From: a bacterium
GTDB taxonomy: Bacteria > Cyanobacteriota > Vampirovibrionia > Gastranaerophilales > Gastranaerophilaceae
Assembly: GCA_017472545.1 (NCBI GenBank)
Contig: JAFUPZ010000060.1
Coordinates: 1 to 43,840 of the forward strand
DNA length: 43,840 nt
Reading direction: 5' to 3'
Shown: in pieces, positions 1 to 9,369 of the stretch
How the letters are laid out: every line of letters begins with the position of its first letter
How positions within the stretch are numbered: the first letter of the stretch is position 1
Position numbers and translations under genes: made by a program
The notes under the pieces: generated by a model
Told to the model about the DNA's origin: nothing
What the model saw: the letters and a program-made list of their open reading frames with translations, nothing else
The model's database searches: none

Positions 1-2212
1 ACTGTTTAACCGCTTGCGCAGTTTGAGAAGTCGCATTTTTGATATTTTGAGATTCATCCAAGATAACATAGCGGAAATTGATGTCTTTTAACTTATCAAT
101 ATCACGTCTTAAAAGCGCATAACTTGTAATTACAACATCATATTCAGGAATTTTCTTAAAGAACTGTTTACGCTCTCCACCTTGCAATTTCAAGCAAGAT
201 AAAGTTGGTGCAAATTTCTGAATTTCAGATTCCCAGTTAAATACAACTGTAGTTGGCGCAACAACCAAAGTTGGCATTGGACCATCTTCTTCTTTAGCTT
301 TTTGCAAAACAGTCAAAGCTTGCAATGTTTTACCAAGCCCCATATCATCTGCCAAAATACCGTTCAAGCCGTACTTGTACATAAACCACAACCAGCCAAA
401 ACCTTTCATTTGATATTCACGGAATTCCGCATTGATACCTTTTGGTAATGACAAATCTTCTGCAGTTGAGAACGATGACATTTGCTCCCAGAAAGTTTTA
501 AATCTATCACTCAAAATTAAATCAACATCAAGGTTTTTAAGCTCGTTAATCAAACCTGCACGATATGTTTTTACAGTAAATCTATTGTCAGGATTTCTAA
601 ATACATCAAAAGAGTTGAACGAACGCATCATTGAATAGATATTTTGCGCAGGATATTCAACAAAGCCTAAACTTCTGATACGAGCGTATTTTTCACCACT
701 TTGAATAGTATCGTAAATCTCATCAAAATCAATAATTTCTTCACCAGCTTGACCATAAATACTAATATCAAAACTATCAGGTTGTTCGTCAGAGAAATCG
801 ATTTTTGCACATAATCTGAACGGATTTTCCATCAGTTTAAAGAATTGCATATCGTCTTTTTCTTCAAACTTCCAACCTTCACCTGCTTGTTTTAGATAAT
901 AATTATAGAAATCAATAGCATTTTCTTTTTCCAATGCCAAGTTGTTAGTCTGCATTGGAACAAACTTACAAGCCAATAACATTGCATAAGCTTCATTTTC
1001 GTGCTTGATATTACGTTTTACCCAATAAATCAAATCTTCATCAGCTTTTTTTACAGTAATATACTGAACTTTATCTGCTGAAGATTTAGAATAAGGGACA
1101 CGAACACCATCATATTCAAAATCTAAAGAGGCTTTTAATGATTGGTCGTAATCGATACCCATAGTAACGACATTCAAAGGTGGACGTTGTTCAAGCATTA
1201 ATTTTGAAATTTTTTCATCAACAACAACATCCATAACCTCTTGTAATTTTGGCAAATCTTCATAAATAAATTTTCCACCTTCAGAATCTTTCAAATCTGT
1301 AAATGAAGATTTGATGATATTTTGTGGAATATTCTGAATTGCAACATTTGTAGGGAATATAATATTTTTATAACGACCCCATTTCAAATGTCTTGAGAAA
1401 TATCTAACTTCTTCAAACGGATAAACATCATCACTATCAGGTCTTTGCCATTCTAAAGACAACAACAGTGTTCCTGCAGTATTAGACGTATTCACATAAA
1501 GAACAAGTTTCCATTCATCATCGGTAAATTTGAGTCTATCTTTTGTTTTTTCATCTAAAACTTCATCAGCCTTAGCTAATAAAGAAAACATTGGACCAAA
1601 TTTTGAGATTGGAATATCATACCAACCAGCTTTTTTGTCTTGACGAGAAAGCTTCAAAAGCTGTTGGAATATCATAATTTCAACTTTTTGAGAATTATTC
1701 AGCTCAAAATTCTTATCTTGTTTTTGAGATTCAATCAATGCTCGTAAAATAGGTTCGATTTGACGAACGATTTTACCATTTTCACGAGAACGAACAAGTA
1801 TTGAGAAGAAGTTAGCTTTTCTTTTTGGGTTAAAGTGGAAAATATAGCTACCTTGAGGTTCTTCTTTTAAAGCTGTATTTTCATCAGGAAATTCAAACTC
1901 TAAGCCAAATTTAGTTTCTAACCAATCTTCATAAGCATGCTCATCAATAGCCTGTAAAGCAACAGCTACAGCGTGCTTACACCATTCTTCCTTTAACGGA
2001 CAGTTACATCTAACTTCGACCTTATTTTTCTTAAAAATCAAATCGGTATTATAGTGATCCTGAAAATTCCCTTTAACCTTTGCCATATAGAAATTCTTCT
2101 CAGGATAATTATCGAACACCATATCCTTTGTATGATATTCGTAACCTCGACGCCAGCTTCCCGCACTTGCATTTTCTTTTATAAACTTGTAATTAAATTC
2201 CGTTGTACTCAT
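1..2212 (-). CDS. SNF2-family helicase with N-terminal SWIM zinc finger (5' part only; the C-terminus lies beyond the left window edge)
   Basis: Reverse translation from the ATG at 2212..2210 gives MSTTEFNYKFIKENASAGSWRRGYEY...VRCNCPLKEEWCKHAVAVAL (CxC..CxH SWIM motif). Near 300-370 it reads ILADDMGLGKTLQAL (Walker A, SNF2 motif I). At 1-120 it reads YVILDESQNIKNATSQTAQAVKQ (DExx box plus NIKN). Both ends are in the same frame, and the track lists no closed minus-strand ORF here, which fits one ORF running off the edge. Confidence 0.85.
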   Translation of the reverse strand, partial: MSTTEFNYKFIKENASAGSWRRGYEYHTKDMVFDNYPEKNFYMAKVKGNFQDHYNTDLIFKKNKVEVRCNCPLKEEWCKHAVAVALQAIDEHAYEDWLETKFGLEFEFPDENTALKEEPQGSYIFHFNPKRKANFFSILVRSRENGKIVRQIEPILRALIESQKQDKNFELNNSQKVEIMIFQQLLKLSRQDKKAGWYDIPISKFGPMFSLLAKADEVLDEKTKDRLKFTDDEWKLVLYVNTSNTAGTLLLSLEWQRPDSDDVYPFEEVRYFSRHLKWGRYKNIIFPTNVAIQNIPQNIIKSSFTDLKDSEGGKFIYEDLPKLQEVMDVVVDEKISKLMLEQRPPLNVVTMGIDYDQSLKASLDFEYDGVRVPYSKSSADKVQYITVKKADEDLIYWVKRNIKHENEAYAMLLACKFVPMQTNNLALEKENAIDFYNYYLKQAGEGWKFEEKDDMQFFKLMENPFRLCAKIDFSDEQPDSFDISIYGQAGEEIIDFDEIYDTIQSGEKYARIRSLGFVEYPAQNIYSMMRSFNSFDVFRNPDNRFTVKTYRAGLINELKNLDVDLILSDRFKTFWEQMSSFSTAEDLSLPKGINAEFREYQMKGFGWLWFMYKYGLNGILADDMGLGKTLQALTVLQKAKEEDGPMPTLVVAPTTVVFNWESEIQKFAPTLSCLKLQGGERKQFFKKIPEYDVVITSYALLRRDIDKLKDINFRYVILDESQNIKNATSQTAQAVKQ

Positions 2213-2404
2213 CTAAGAGTATATCTCTTTCCTTTTCGTAAGGGAGCAACTTTCATTACGATTCAGTTTTCGTAAAACCCTTATCTAAGAAAATTATACA
2301 CAACAAAATAAAAAAAGGCAAGGGGGTTAAAAAATATCACAGAATAATCAAATTTCATCTATATCATTGATGAAAAAACTCCAATAAAGCTTTAATATAA
2401 AAGA

Positions 2405-3328
2405 ATGGAAAAGATTAAAAAAATATATCCAGATTCAGTGAATGTAGTTATTGCAACAAACAATAACTATGCGCCATACACAGTTGTGGCACTAACTTCA
2501 CTAATTGCACACACATCCGATAAAAACAATTACGATATTATAGTTCTTGAAACAGATGTAAGTGATGAATACAAAAATATATTATCCACATTAAAAAAAG
2601 ATAATATTTCAGTTAGAACTTATAACGTAAACAAATTTTTTGAACGAAATGAGTTTTGGCATTATTCATATTGGTCTAAAGAAACTTATTCTAGATTATG
2701 CATCCCTGAAATTATGGAAGATTACGAAAAAGTTTTGTACTTAGACGTAGATGTAATCATACAAGCTGACGTTGCAGAATTATACAATACCGACATATCC
2801 GACTATTTAATTGCAGGTAATAGAAATTACGGTTTGATAACAAGCATTAGACATAGTCCATCATTACAATATTACTATGGTACAATTTTCCCTATTAAAA
2901 ATGTTAAAAACCTCATCAACGCTGGTGTAATCTTAATGAATATACCAAAATTGAAAGAACTCCAACTAGAAGATAAAGCAATTAACATATTAGACCAGCA
3001 TAAAAAATTATTATTCCAAGATGAGGATTTGCTTAATAAATTATGCGAAGACAGAATTTTATATATAGACAGCAGTTGGAACTTTAGATACGCAGTTCCA
3101 GAAAAACTCGTCTACGATTGGCAACTATTAGATATAGCACAACAATGGGCAACAGGCCTGCACAAACAAAATATCATACATTATGTATCTAAAGAAAAAC
3201 CTTGGGATTACCCAAACCTATACTACTCTGAAATCTGGTGGGCTTGGGCAAAGAAATCTCCAATATACCAACAACTTTTAAAAGCTTATTTTGATAAAAA
3301 TTCACCAGAACAAAAGGTTCAACAATGA
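2405..3328 (+). CDS. glycosyltransferase family 8 (LPS/glycogenin-like retaining GT), copy 1
   Basis: 307 aa with GT8 hallmarks: NNYAPYT near the N-terminus, YLDVDVII (DxD), NAGVILMN, FQDEDLLNK, IIHYVSKEKPW. Confidence 0.8.
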   Translation: MEKIKKIYPDSVNVVIATNNNYAPYTVVALTSLIAHTSDKNNYDIIVLETDVSDEYKNILSTLKKDNISVRTYNVNKFFERNEFWHYSYWSKETYSRLCIPEIMEDYEKVLYLDVDVIIQADVAELYNTDISDYLIAGNRNYGLITSIRHSPSLQYYYGTIFPIKNVKNLINAGVILMNIPKLKELQLEDKAINILDQHKKLLFQDEDLLNKLCEDRILYIDSSWNFRYAVPEKLVYDWQLLDIAQQWATGLHKQNIIHYVSKEKPWDYPNLYYSEIWWAWAKKSPIYQQLLKAYFDKNSPEQKVQQ

Positions 3329-4248
3329 AAAAACTTAAAAAAATCTACGAAAATTCAATAAATGTAGTATTTGCATCAGACAACAATTATGCACCTTGCA
3401 CAACTGTTGCAATATACACTCTTATTGCCCATACATCAAAAGAAAACAATTATGACATTGTTATTTTTGAATCTGGAATATCTGATGAAAACAAGCAAAT
3501 AATAGAAGATTTAGCTAAAGAACATGATAATATATCTGTTAGATTTTATAGTACAAAAAAATTCTTTGAAGATTATGACTTTTTCCACTATGCATATTAC
3601 ACAGCTGATACATATTCAAGATTATTTATCCCAAACGTTATGGAAGATTACGACAAAGCAATATACCTAGACGGAGATATAATCGTACTTGCGGATGTTG
3701 CCGAATTATACAATTTTGATCTTGGTGATGCAATTTTAGGTGGTGGAAGAAATTATGGGCTTATTTCAAGCTATTATCACAATGCCGAAATTCGTAACTA
3801 TTATGACAAAATGTTCCCAATAAAAGATATTAGAAATAGTATCAATGGTGGCGTATTGGTTATGAACCTAGAAAAATTACGCGAAATAGATCTTTTAAAA
3901 CAAGGTATTGGACTTTTGGATAAATACAAAAGACTTTTATGCCAAGATGAAGACATCTTAAATAAAGTTTGCACAGACAGAATTAAACATATAGAAAGTG
4001 CTTGGAACTGGAGATTTGCCACACCTCAACCACTATTGTATGACCATAAATTACTGTGGCTGACTCAGGAATGGAGTCAAGGTCTATATGAACAAAAAAT
4101 AATCCATTATATATGTAAAACAAAACCTTGGGACGAAGCAAATATGTATTATGGAGAAGTATGGTGGGCTTGGGCAAAGAAAACCCCTATATACCAGCAA
4201 CTTCTAAAAGCATACTTTGATAAACACCCAGAACAACTTAATGCATAA
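3325..4248 (+). CDS. glycosyltransferase family 8, copy 2 (tandem paralog)
   Basis: Also 307 aa and collinear with copy 1, with the same motifs (YLDGDIIV, NGGVLVMN, CQDEDILNK, IIHYICKTKPW). Its start overlaps the copy 1 stop (ATGA). Confidence 0.8.
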   Translation: MKKLKKIYENSINVVFASDNNYAPCTTVAIYTLIAHTSKENNYDIVIFESGISDENKQIIEDLAKEHDNISVRFYSTKKFFEDYDFFHYAYYTADTYSRLFIPNVMEDYDKAIYLDGDIIVLADVAELYNFDLGDAILGGGRNYGLISSYYHNAEIRNYYDKMFPIKDIRNSINGGVLVMNLEKLREIDLLKQGIGLLDKYKRLLCQDEDILNKVCTDRIKHIESAWNWRFATPQPLLYDHKLLWLTQEWSQGLYEQKIIHYICKTKPWDEANMYYGEVWWAWAKKTPIYQQLLKAYFDKHPEQLNA

Positions 4249-4282
4249 AAAAAGAGTTCTCAAAATGAGAACTCTTTTAATA
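4247..4282. terminator. bidirectional Rho-independent terminator between the convergent GT8 and nrdJ genes
   Basis: aaaaaAAGAGTTCTCaaaatGAGAACTCTTttaat: an 11-bp perfect stem with an A-run on one side and a T-rich tail on the other. Confidence 0.6.
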
Positions 4283-4297
4283 TTTAATATTTGTAAT

Positions 4298-6340
4298 TTA
4301 CGAACAACCAGAGTAACCGCAATTCAAACAAATGAAGCAACCTTCCGCCATTTGAATTTCAGTACCACATTCAGGACATTTTACAGTTTTAACTTCGCCT
4401 GTTGGGTTGTATTCTTCCACAATCTCCTCTTCCTTAACGATAGGCTCTGATTCTACAGCCTTCATTTCAACTGTTTTTTCTTTTTTCTTGTCATCCAAGT
4501 TCATTGGTTGGAATTGACGAGAATTATTTCTGTATACAGTTATACCTTTTAGGTTATTTTTGTAAGCAAGAATATAAGCTTCTTCAATATCTTCACGAGT
4601 AGCTTGCTCTACAAAGTTAACTGTTTTTGAAACAGCATTATCTGTGTGTAATTGGAATGCTGCTTGCATTTTTACGTGCCAATATGGTGAAACATCATGA
4701 GCTGTTGCAAAAATTTGTTTTACTTTATCAGATACACCTTCCACGTGAGCAATTGTACCTTCTGATGCAATCTGTGACATCAACGCTTCAGAATATAAAC
4801 CATTTTCAATCATATAATCTTTGAAAATTGGATTAACTTCTAGCATTTCAGTTCCATCCATAATCAATCTAGAAAATACTAGACCAAATAATGGTTCAAC
4901 ACCACCAGAAGCTGATGCGATCATTGAAATTGTACCAGTTGGAGCAATACAAGTTGTTGTTGCGTTTCTCAAACCATATTGTTTGATACCAGCATCAATT
5001 TCAGCCCATTTTTCATCAGAAATTTTACCAGCAGATTTGCCTCTATATTTGTTGAACAAGTAATTATCTGAATCGTAGATACTACCTTTAAAGTTGTTGA
5101 AACTTCCACGTTCTTTTGCTAATTCAATTGACTCTGTTTTAGATACATAGTCAATAAATTCCATTACTTGACCTGCTAATTTTGTACCTTCTTCTGAGTT
5201 GTATGACAAGCCCATTTTCATAAGCATATCAGCCCAACCCATTACACCAAGTCCAATTTTTCTGTTATTTTGAACCATTTCAGAAATTTGAGGTAGTGGA
5301 TAATTATTTACAGCAATAACGTTATCCAAGAATCTCATAGCAGTTCTTGTAGTTTTTTCTAGTAAATCCCAATCTACTTCCCAACCTGCAGAACCTTTTT
5401 TCATCATCAAACCAAGGTTAATAGAACCCAAGTTACAAGCTTCATAAGAAAGTAATGGAACTTCACCACAAGGGTTTGTTGATTCAATTGGTCCAACATG
5501 CGGAGTTGGGTTGTCATAATTCATTTTATCAATGAATACAATACCAGGTTCACCGTTTCTCCAAGCACCATCAACAATTAAGTCGAACACTTCTTTAGCG
5601 TTCATTCTTCCAACAACTTCATTATTTTGCGGATTTACAAGATCATAATCAGTACCAGCAAGATAAGCTTCCATAAATTTATCAGTAATAGCTACTGAAA
5701 TATTGAAGTTGTTTAGTTTATTGTTATCAGATTTACAGTTAATAAAATCAATAATATCAGGGTGGTCAACTCTCAAGATACCCATATTCGCGCCACGACG
5801 AGTACCGCCTTGTTTTACAGCTTCAGTTGCAGCATTGAACACTTCCATAAATGATACAGGACCTGAAGAAACACCCATAGTTGAACGAACAACACTGTTT
5901 TTAGGTCTTAATCTTGAGAATGAAAAACCTGTACCACCACCTGATTTGTGAATTAAAGCGGTATTTTTAACAGTTTCAAAAATACCTTCCAAACTATCCT
6001 CTACAGGAAGTACAAAACAAGCAGCCAACTGACCTAATTCTCTTCCAGCATTCATCAATGTTGGTGAGTTTGGCATAAAATAGCGATTTGTAATAGCTTC
6101 ATAAAATCTATCTGAAAGTTCTTTCACTTCAGCTTCAGATTTTCCGAATTGTAAATCACCTGAAGCAATTGTATCTGCAACCCTACGGAACATATCTGCA
6201 GGAGTTTCAACACAATTACCATCTTTATCTCTCTTCAAATATCTTTTTTCTAAAACTTTTACAGCGTTTTCTGACAAATTTAACGCCTCTTTTACACATG
6301 TGGTATCTGACACATTAACCTCCATAATCTGATTAAACAC
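4298..6340 (-). CDS. nrdJ: adenosylcobalamin-dependent (class II) ribonucleotide reductase
   Basis: 680 aa. Contains the RNR active-site region STNPCGEVPLL, the N-terminal motif NAVKVLEKRYLKRD typical of NrdJ, and a C-terminal Zn ribbon CPECG..CLNCG. The start is ambiguous: GTG 6340, ATG 6325, or GTG 6313 preceded by GGAGG at 6323..6319. Confidence 0.9.
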   Translation of the reverse strand: MFNQIMEVNVSDTTCVKEALNLSENAVKVLEKRYLKRDKDGNCVETPADMFRRVADTIASGDLQFGKSEAEVKELSDRFYEAITNRYFMPNSPTLMNAGRELGQLAACFVLPVEDSLEGIFETVKNTALIHKSGGGTGFSFSRLRPKNSVVRSTMGVSSGPVSFMEVFNAATEAVKQGGTRRGANMGILRVDHPDIIDFINCKSDNNKLNNFNISVAITDKFMEAYLAGTDYDLVNPQNNEVVGRMNAKEVFDLIVDGAWRNGEPGIVFIDKMNYDNPTPHVGPIESTNPCGEVPLLSYEACNLGSINLGLMMKKGSAGWEVDWDLLEKTTRTAMRFLDNVIAVNNYPLPQISEMVQNNRKIGLGVMGWADMLMKMGLSYNSEEGTKLAGQVMEFIDYVSKTESIELAKERGSFNNFKGSIYDSDNYLFNKYRGKSAGKISDEKWAEIDAGIKQYGLRNATTTCIAPTGTISMIASASGGVEPLFGLVFSRLIMDGTEMLEVNPIFKDYMIENGLYSEALMSQIASEGTIAHVEGVSDKVKQIFATAHDVSPYWHVKMQAAFQLHTDNAVSKTVNFVEQATREDIEEAYILAYKNNLKGITVYRNNSRQFQPMNLDDKKKEKTVEMKAVESEPIVKEEEIVEEYNPTGEVKTVKCPECGTEIQMAEGCFICLNCGYSGCS

Positions 6341-6554
6341 ATATCAAATTTATTGATATTCGCCATCTTTGACGATTTTCTACACTTACCCCAAAGCATG
6401 CTCAAACACGCTTTACAAAATTGTACAACGCTGAGGAAGAAATTTGCAATAGATTTATTAAGATATATCAACAGATTTAACAAGATTTATCAATAAAATT
6501 TAAAATTAACCACCAAGCGAATACTTTTAACACATTTTATGTTATATTAAAAGC

Positions 6555-8396
6555 ATGATTAGGAGAGTGTTTAGGGCTTTATTAGTAATAATAATTATCG
6601 GCGTGCTTTGCAAAGCTTGCCTTGTTAAAGACGTGCAAAACCCAGAAACTCATATCAAATCTAGTAAAAACAATTTACTTGCAACAGATTATCCAACCCC
6701 AACAACTGTTAACATAAATGGTATTGATTATCTTCAATCCCAAGCTCCTATTGGAAAATTTGGCGGAGAGATAATATTTTCAACTATTGGAGAAGGTCCA
6801 AAGACATTCAATCCATTTAACAGCAAGGATAATACTTCATCTACACTTTCAGCAATTATGTATGATGGACTATTATCAACTCACCCAATAACAGGTCAAC
6901 CGAGCCCAAAACTTGCAAAATCTTATACAATTTCTCCTGATGGAAAGACTTATACATTTAAACTTAGAAAAGGGATTAAATGGTCAGATGGAAAGCCAAT
7001 CACAGCAGATGACGTTGTTTTCACTTGGCGCGACATAATTTTTGCAGGATTTGGTGATACCTCGTTAAGAGATTCAATCTATATTGACGGAAAACTTCCT
7101 ACAGTAAGAAAAATAGATAATTACACCGTAGAATTTAAAACCGCAAAACCATACGCTCCATTTATAAGAGTATTAGGAGCATCAATAGCACCTAAACATA
7201 TATTCATGCCAGCAATAAAAAAAGGACCTAAATATTTTGACAGTTTTCTTTCAACAACTACAAAGCCTGAAGATTTTGTAGTTTCTGGAGCCTTCAAACT
7301 AAAAGAATATGTTCCAGCTCAACGAGTTGTCTATGAAAGAAACCCGAATTATTACGAAATCAATACTAACAATGAATCTCTACCTTATCTTGATAAATTA
7401 ATATACCTAATAGTTGGAGATTTAAATAATGAAGTTCTAAAATTCGAAGCTAAAGAAATTGACGTAATAACCTTGCAAGGTTCAAAAGTTGCGCGTTATA
7501 AATCACTTGAGCCTCACTCTGATTTTGATTTATACAATCTTGGACCTAACACAGGAACAATGTATTTATCAGTAAATTTGAATGATAGAAAAAATGACAA
7601 AGGAAAATATTACGTTGACCCAATTAAACAAAAATGGTTCCAAGATCTCAACTTTAGAACAGCTATAGATTACACTATAGATAGACGAAATATGGTGTTC
7701 AATATTGCAAACGGAATCGGCGCACCGCTTCACACTCCAGAAAGCTTAAATTCTATTTATCTGAATAAAGAGTTAAAAGCTTTTGAAAAAGATACTCAAA
7801 AAGCTAAAGAGTACTTATACAAATCTGGTTTTTATACAGATAAAAAAGGTCATTTATACGATAAAGACAACAACCGAGTCGAGTTTGACTTATTTACAAA
7901 CGCAGGAAACACTGAACGAGAAGCAATTGGAGTTATGGTAAAACAAGACCTCGAAGAGTTAGGAATGAAGGTCAATTTCAAGCCTATAGAATTCAACTCA
8001 TTAGTTAATAAACTAGTCAGCACATTCGATTGGGATATGGTAATTATGGGACTTACAGGCTCTCCATTAGAACCAAACGGAGGGAAAAATGTATGGATGT
8101 CAAACGGCAGACTCCATATGTTTAATATGCGAACACCTCAAGAAGGAAAGCTCAACATCCTATCTTGGGAAAAAGAATTAGATGAAATGTTTGAAAAAGG
8201 CGCCTTAGCAACAAAATTTGAAGATAGAAAAAAATACTACGACAGATACCAAGAAATTATTTATGAACAACGCCCAATGATATATATATACTCACCGGTT
8301 ATAATTGTAGCAATAAGAGATAAGTTTAAAAATATCTATCCGTCATCATTAGGCGGAATAACACATAATATCGAAGAAATTTATATTGGAGAATAA
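6555..8396 (+). CDS. ABC transporter substrate-binding protein, family 5 (peptide/nickel, OppA/DppA-like)
   Basis: 613 aa with a hydrophobic N-terminal signal or anchor (LLVIIIIGVLCKAC). Family-5 SBP-like blocks are present (KWSDGKPITADDVVFTW, ERNPNYY). The gene sits directly upstream of two Opp/Dpp-type permeases. Confidence 0.85.
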   Translation: MIRRVFRALLVIIIIGVLCKACLVKDVQNPETHIKSSKNNLLATDYPTPTTVNINGIDYLQSQAPIGKFGGEIIFSTIGEGPKTFNPFNSKDNTSSTLSAIMYDGLLSTHPITGQPSPKLAKSYTISPDGKTYTFKLRKGIKWSDGKPITADDVVFTWRDIIFAGFGDTSLRDSIYIDGKLPTVRKIDNYTVEFKTAKPYAPFIRVLGASIAPKHIFMPAIKKGPKYFDSFLSTTTKPEDFVVSGAFKLKEYVPAQRVVYERNPNYYEINTNNESLPYLDKLIYLIVGDLNNEVLKFEAKEIDVITLQGSKVARYKSLEPHSDFDLYNLGPNTGTMYLSVNLNDRKNDKGKYYVDPIKQKWFQDLNFRTAIDYTIDRRNMVFNIANGIGAPLHTPESLNSIYLNKELKAFEKDTQKAKEYLYKSGFYTDKKGHLYDKDNNRVEFDLFTNAGNTEREAIGVMVKQDLEELGMKVNFKPIEFNSLVNKLVSTFDWDMVIMGLTGSPLEPNGGKNVWMSNGRLHMFNMRTPQEGKLNILSWEKELDEMFEKGALATKFEDRKKYYDRYQEIIYEQRPMIYIYSPVIIVAIRDKFKNIYPSSLGGITHNIEEIYIGE

Positions 8397-9369
8397 TTTG
8401 GAAACATTCAAATACATACTAAAAAGAATAGTTCAAACAATACCATTACTCATAATGGTATCTATCATAAGCTTTTTTATAATTAGATTATCTCCAGTAG
8501 ATCCTCTTGCAGAATTAAAGCTTAATCCATCTATTTCACCAGAAACCGTAGAAAGAGAAAAACAACGACTTGGATTAGACAAACCAATTATTGTCCAATA
8601 TGGTAAATGGGCTATTTCTTTCGTACAAGGGGACTTAGGTGTAACTTCAACAGGAGAAAAAGTTAGCCAAAAGCTTAAAGAAAGAATTCCAAACACTCTT
8701 CTTCTAACAAGCTTAGTAATTCTATTAACTTGGCTTGTCGGAGTACCGCTAGGAATTATTGCTGCAACAAAATGGAAAACTAATTTTGATAGAATACTAA
8801 CAGTCCTCACAAGTATAGGAATGGCTATTCCGTCATTCTTCTTTGCCGTGCTACTTTTAATGTTTGCAGTAAAAACAGGGTGGTTCCCTATAGGGGGACT
8901 AACTAGCCCTAATTTTGCAGAGATGAATTTCTTAGGTAAATTTATCGACTTAGCACACCACTTAATCCTACCTGTAATTGTCTTATTTACAATTTCTTTG
9001 GCAGGATTACAACGCCAAATGAGAGCAAATATGCTAGATGTATTGGATAGCGATTACGTAAAATTTGCAAGAGCAAAAGGCTTACCTGAAAATCTTGTAA
9101 TATATAAACACGCACTAAGAAATGCCGTAAACCCAATGATTACACTTTTAGGATTTGAATTTGCAGGATTATTATCTGGAGCTGCACTAACCGAATATGT
9201 TTTCCAATACCCAGGACTAGGTCGACTCATATTAGAAGCTGTTTTAAAGTCCGATATAAATCTTGTAATGGCATCATTGATGATGGGTGCTGTTATGCTT
9301 GTTGTAGGTAACTTAATTGCGGATATTCTTCTTATCATCACAGATCCGAGAATAAGGGTGAAATCATGA
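8386..9369 (+). CDS. ABC transporter permease (OppB/DppB-like)
   Basis: 327 aa, multi-TM. N-terminus FKYILKRIVQTIPLL and the EAA-loop region YVKFARAKGLPENLVIYKHALRNA are typical of this family. The start may instead be the TTG at 8398, just after the SBP stop. Confidence 0.85.
   Translation: MENNLETFKYILKRIVQTIPLLIMVSIISFFIIRLSPVDPLAELKLNPSISPETVEREKQRLGLDKPIIVQYGKWAISFVQGDLGVTSTGEKVSQKLKERIPNTLLLTSLVILLTWLVGVPLGIIAATKWKTNFDRILTVLTSIGMAIPSFFFAVLLLMFAVKTGWFPIGGLTSPNFAEMNFLGKFIDLAHHLILPVIVLFTISLAGLQRQMRANMLDVLDSDYVKFARAKGLPENLVIYKHALRNAVNPMITLLGFEFAGLLSGAALTEYVFQYPGLGRLILEAVLKSDINLVMASLMMGAVMLVVGNLIADILLIITDPRIRVKS

Noticed and set aside
432-638. Plus-strand ORFs 432..638 and 2054..2275
   Set aside because: Both are antisense to the SNF2/SWIM helicase ORF, whose conserved motifs are in one continuous minus-strand frame from 2212 to the window edge.
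6330-6360. NrdR box upstream of nrdJ
   Set aside because: Only the first half (acacatat) resembles the 16-bp NrdR palindrome. The second half does not, and there is no tandem second box.
8433-8810. Antisense ORFs nested in confident genes. Examples are 8433..8810, 9054..9341, 12895..13230, 21928..22275, 25240..25581, 30816..31061, 33426..33701 and 37475..37672.
   Set aside because: Each lies entirely inside, and opposite to, a longer ORF that has family-level motifs or consistent composition. None has an RBS. They are typical shadow ORFs.
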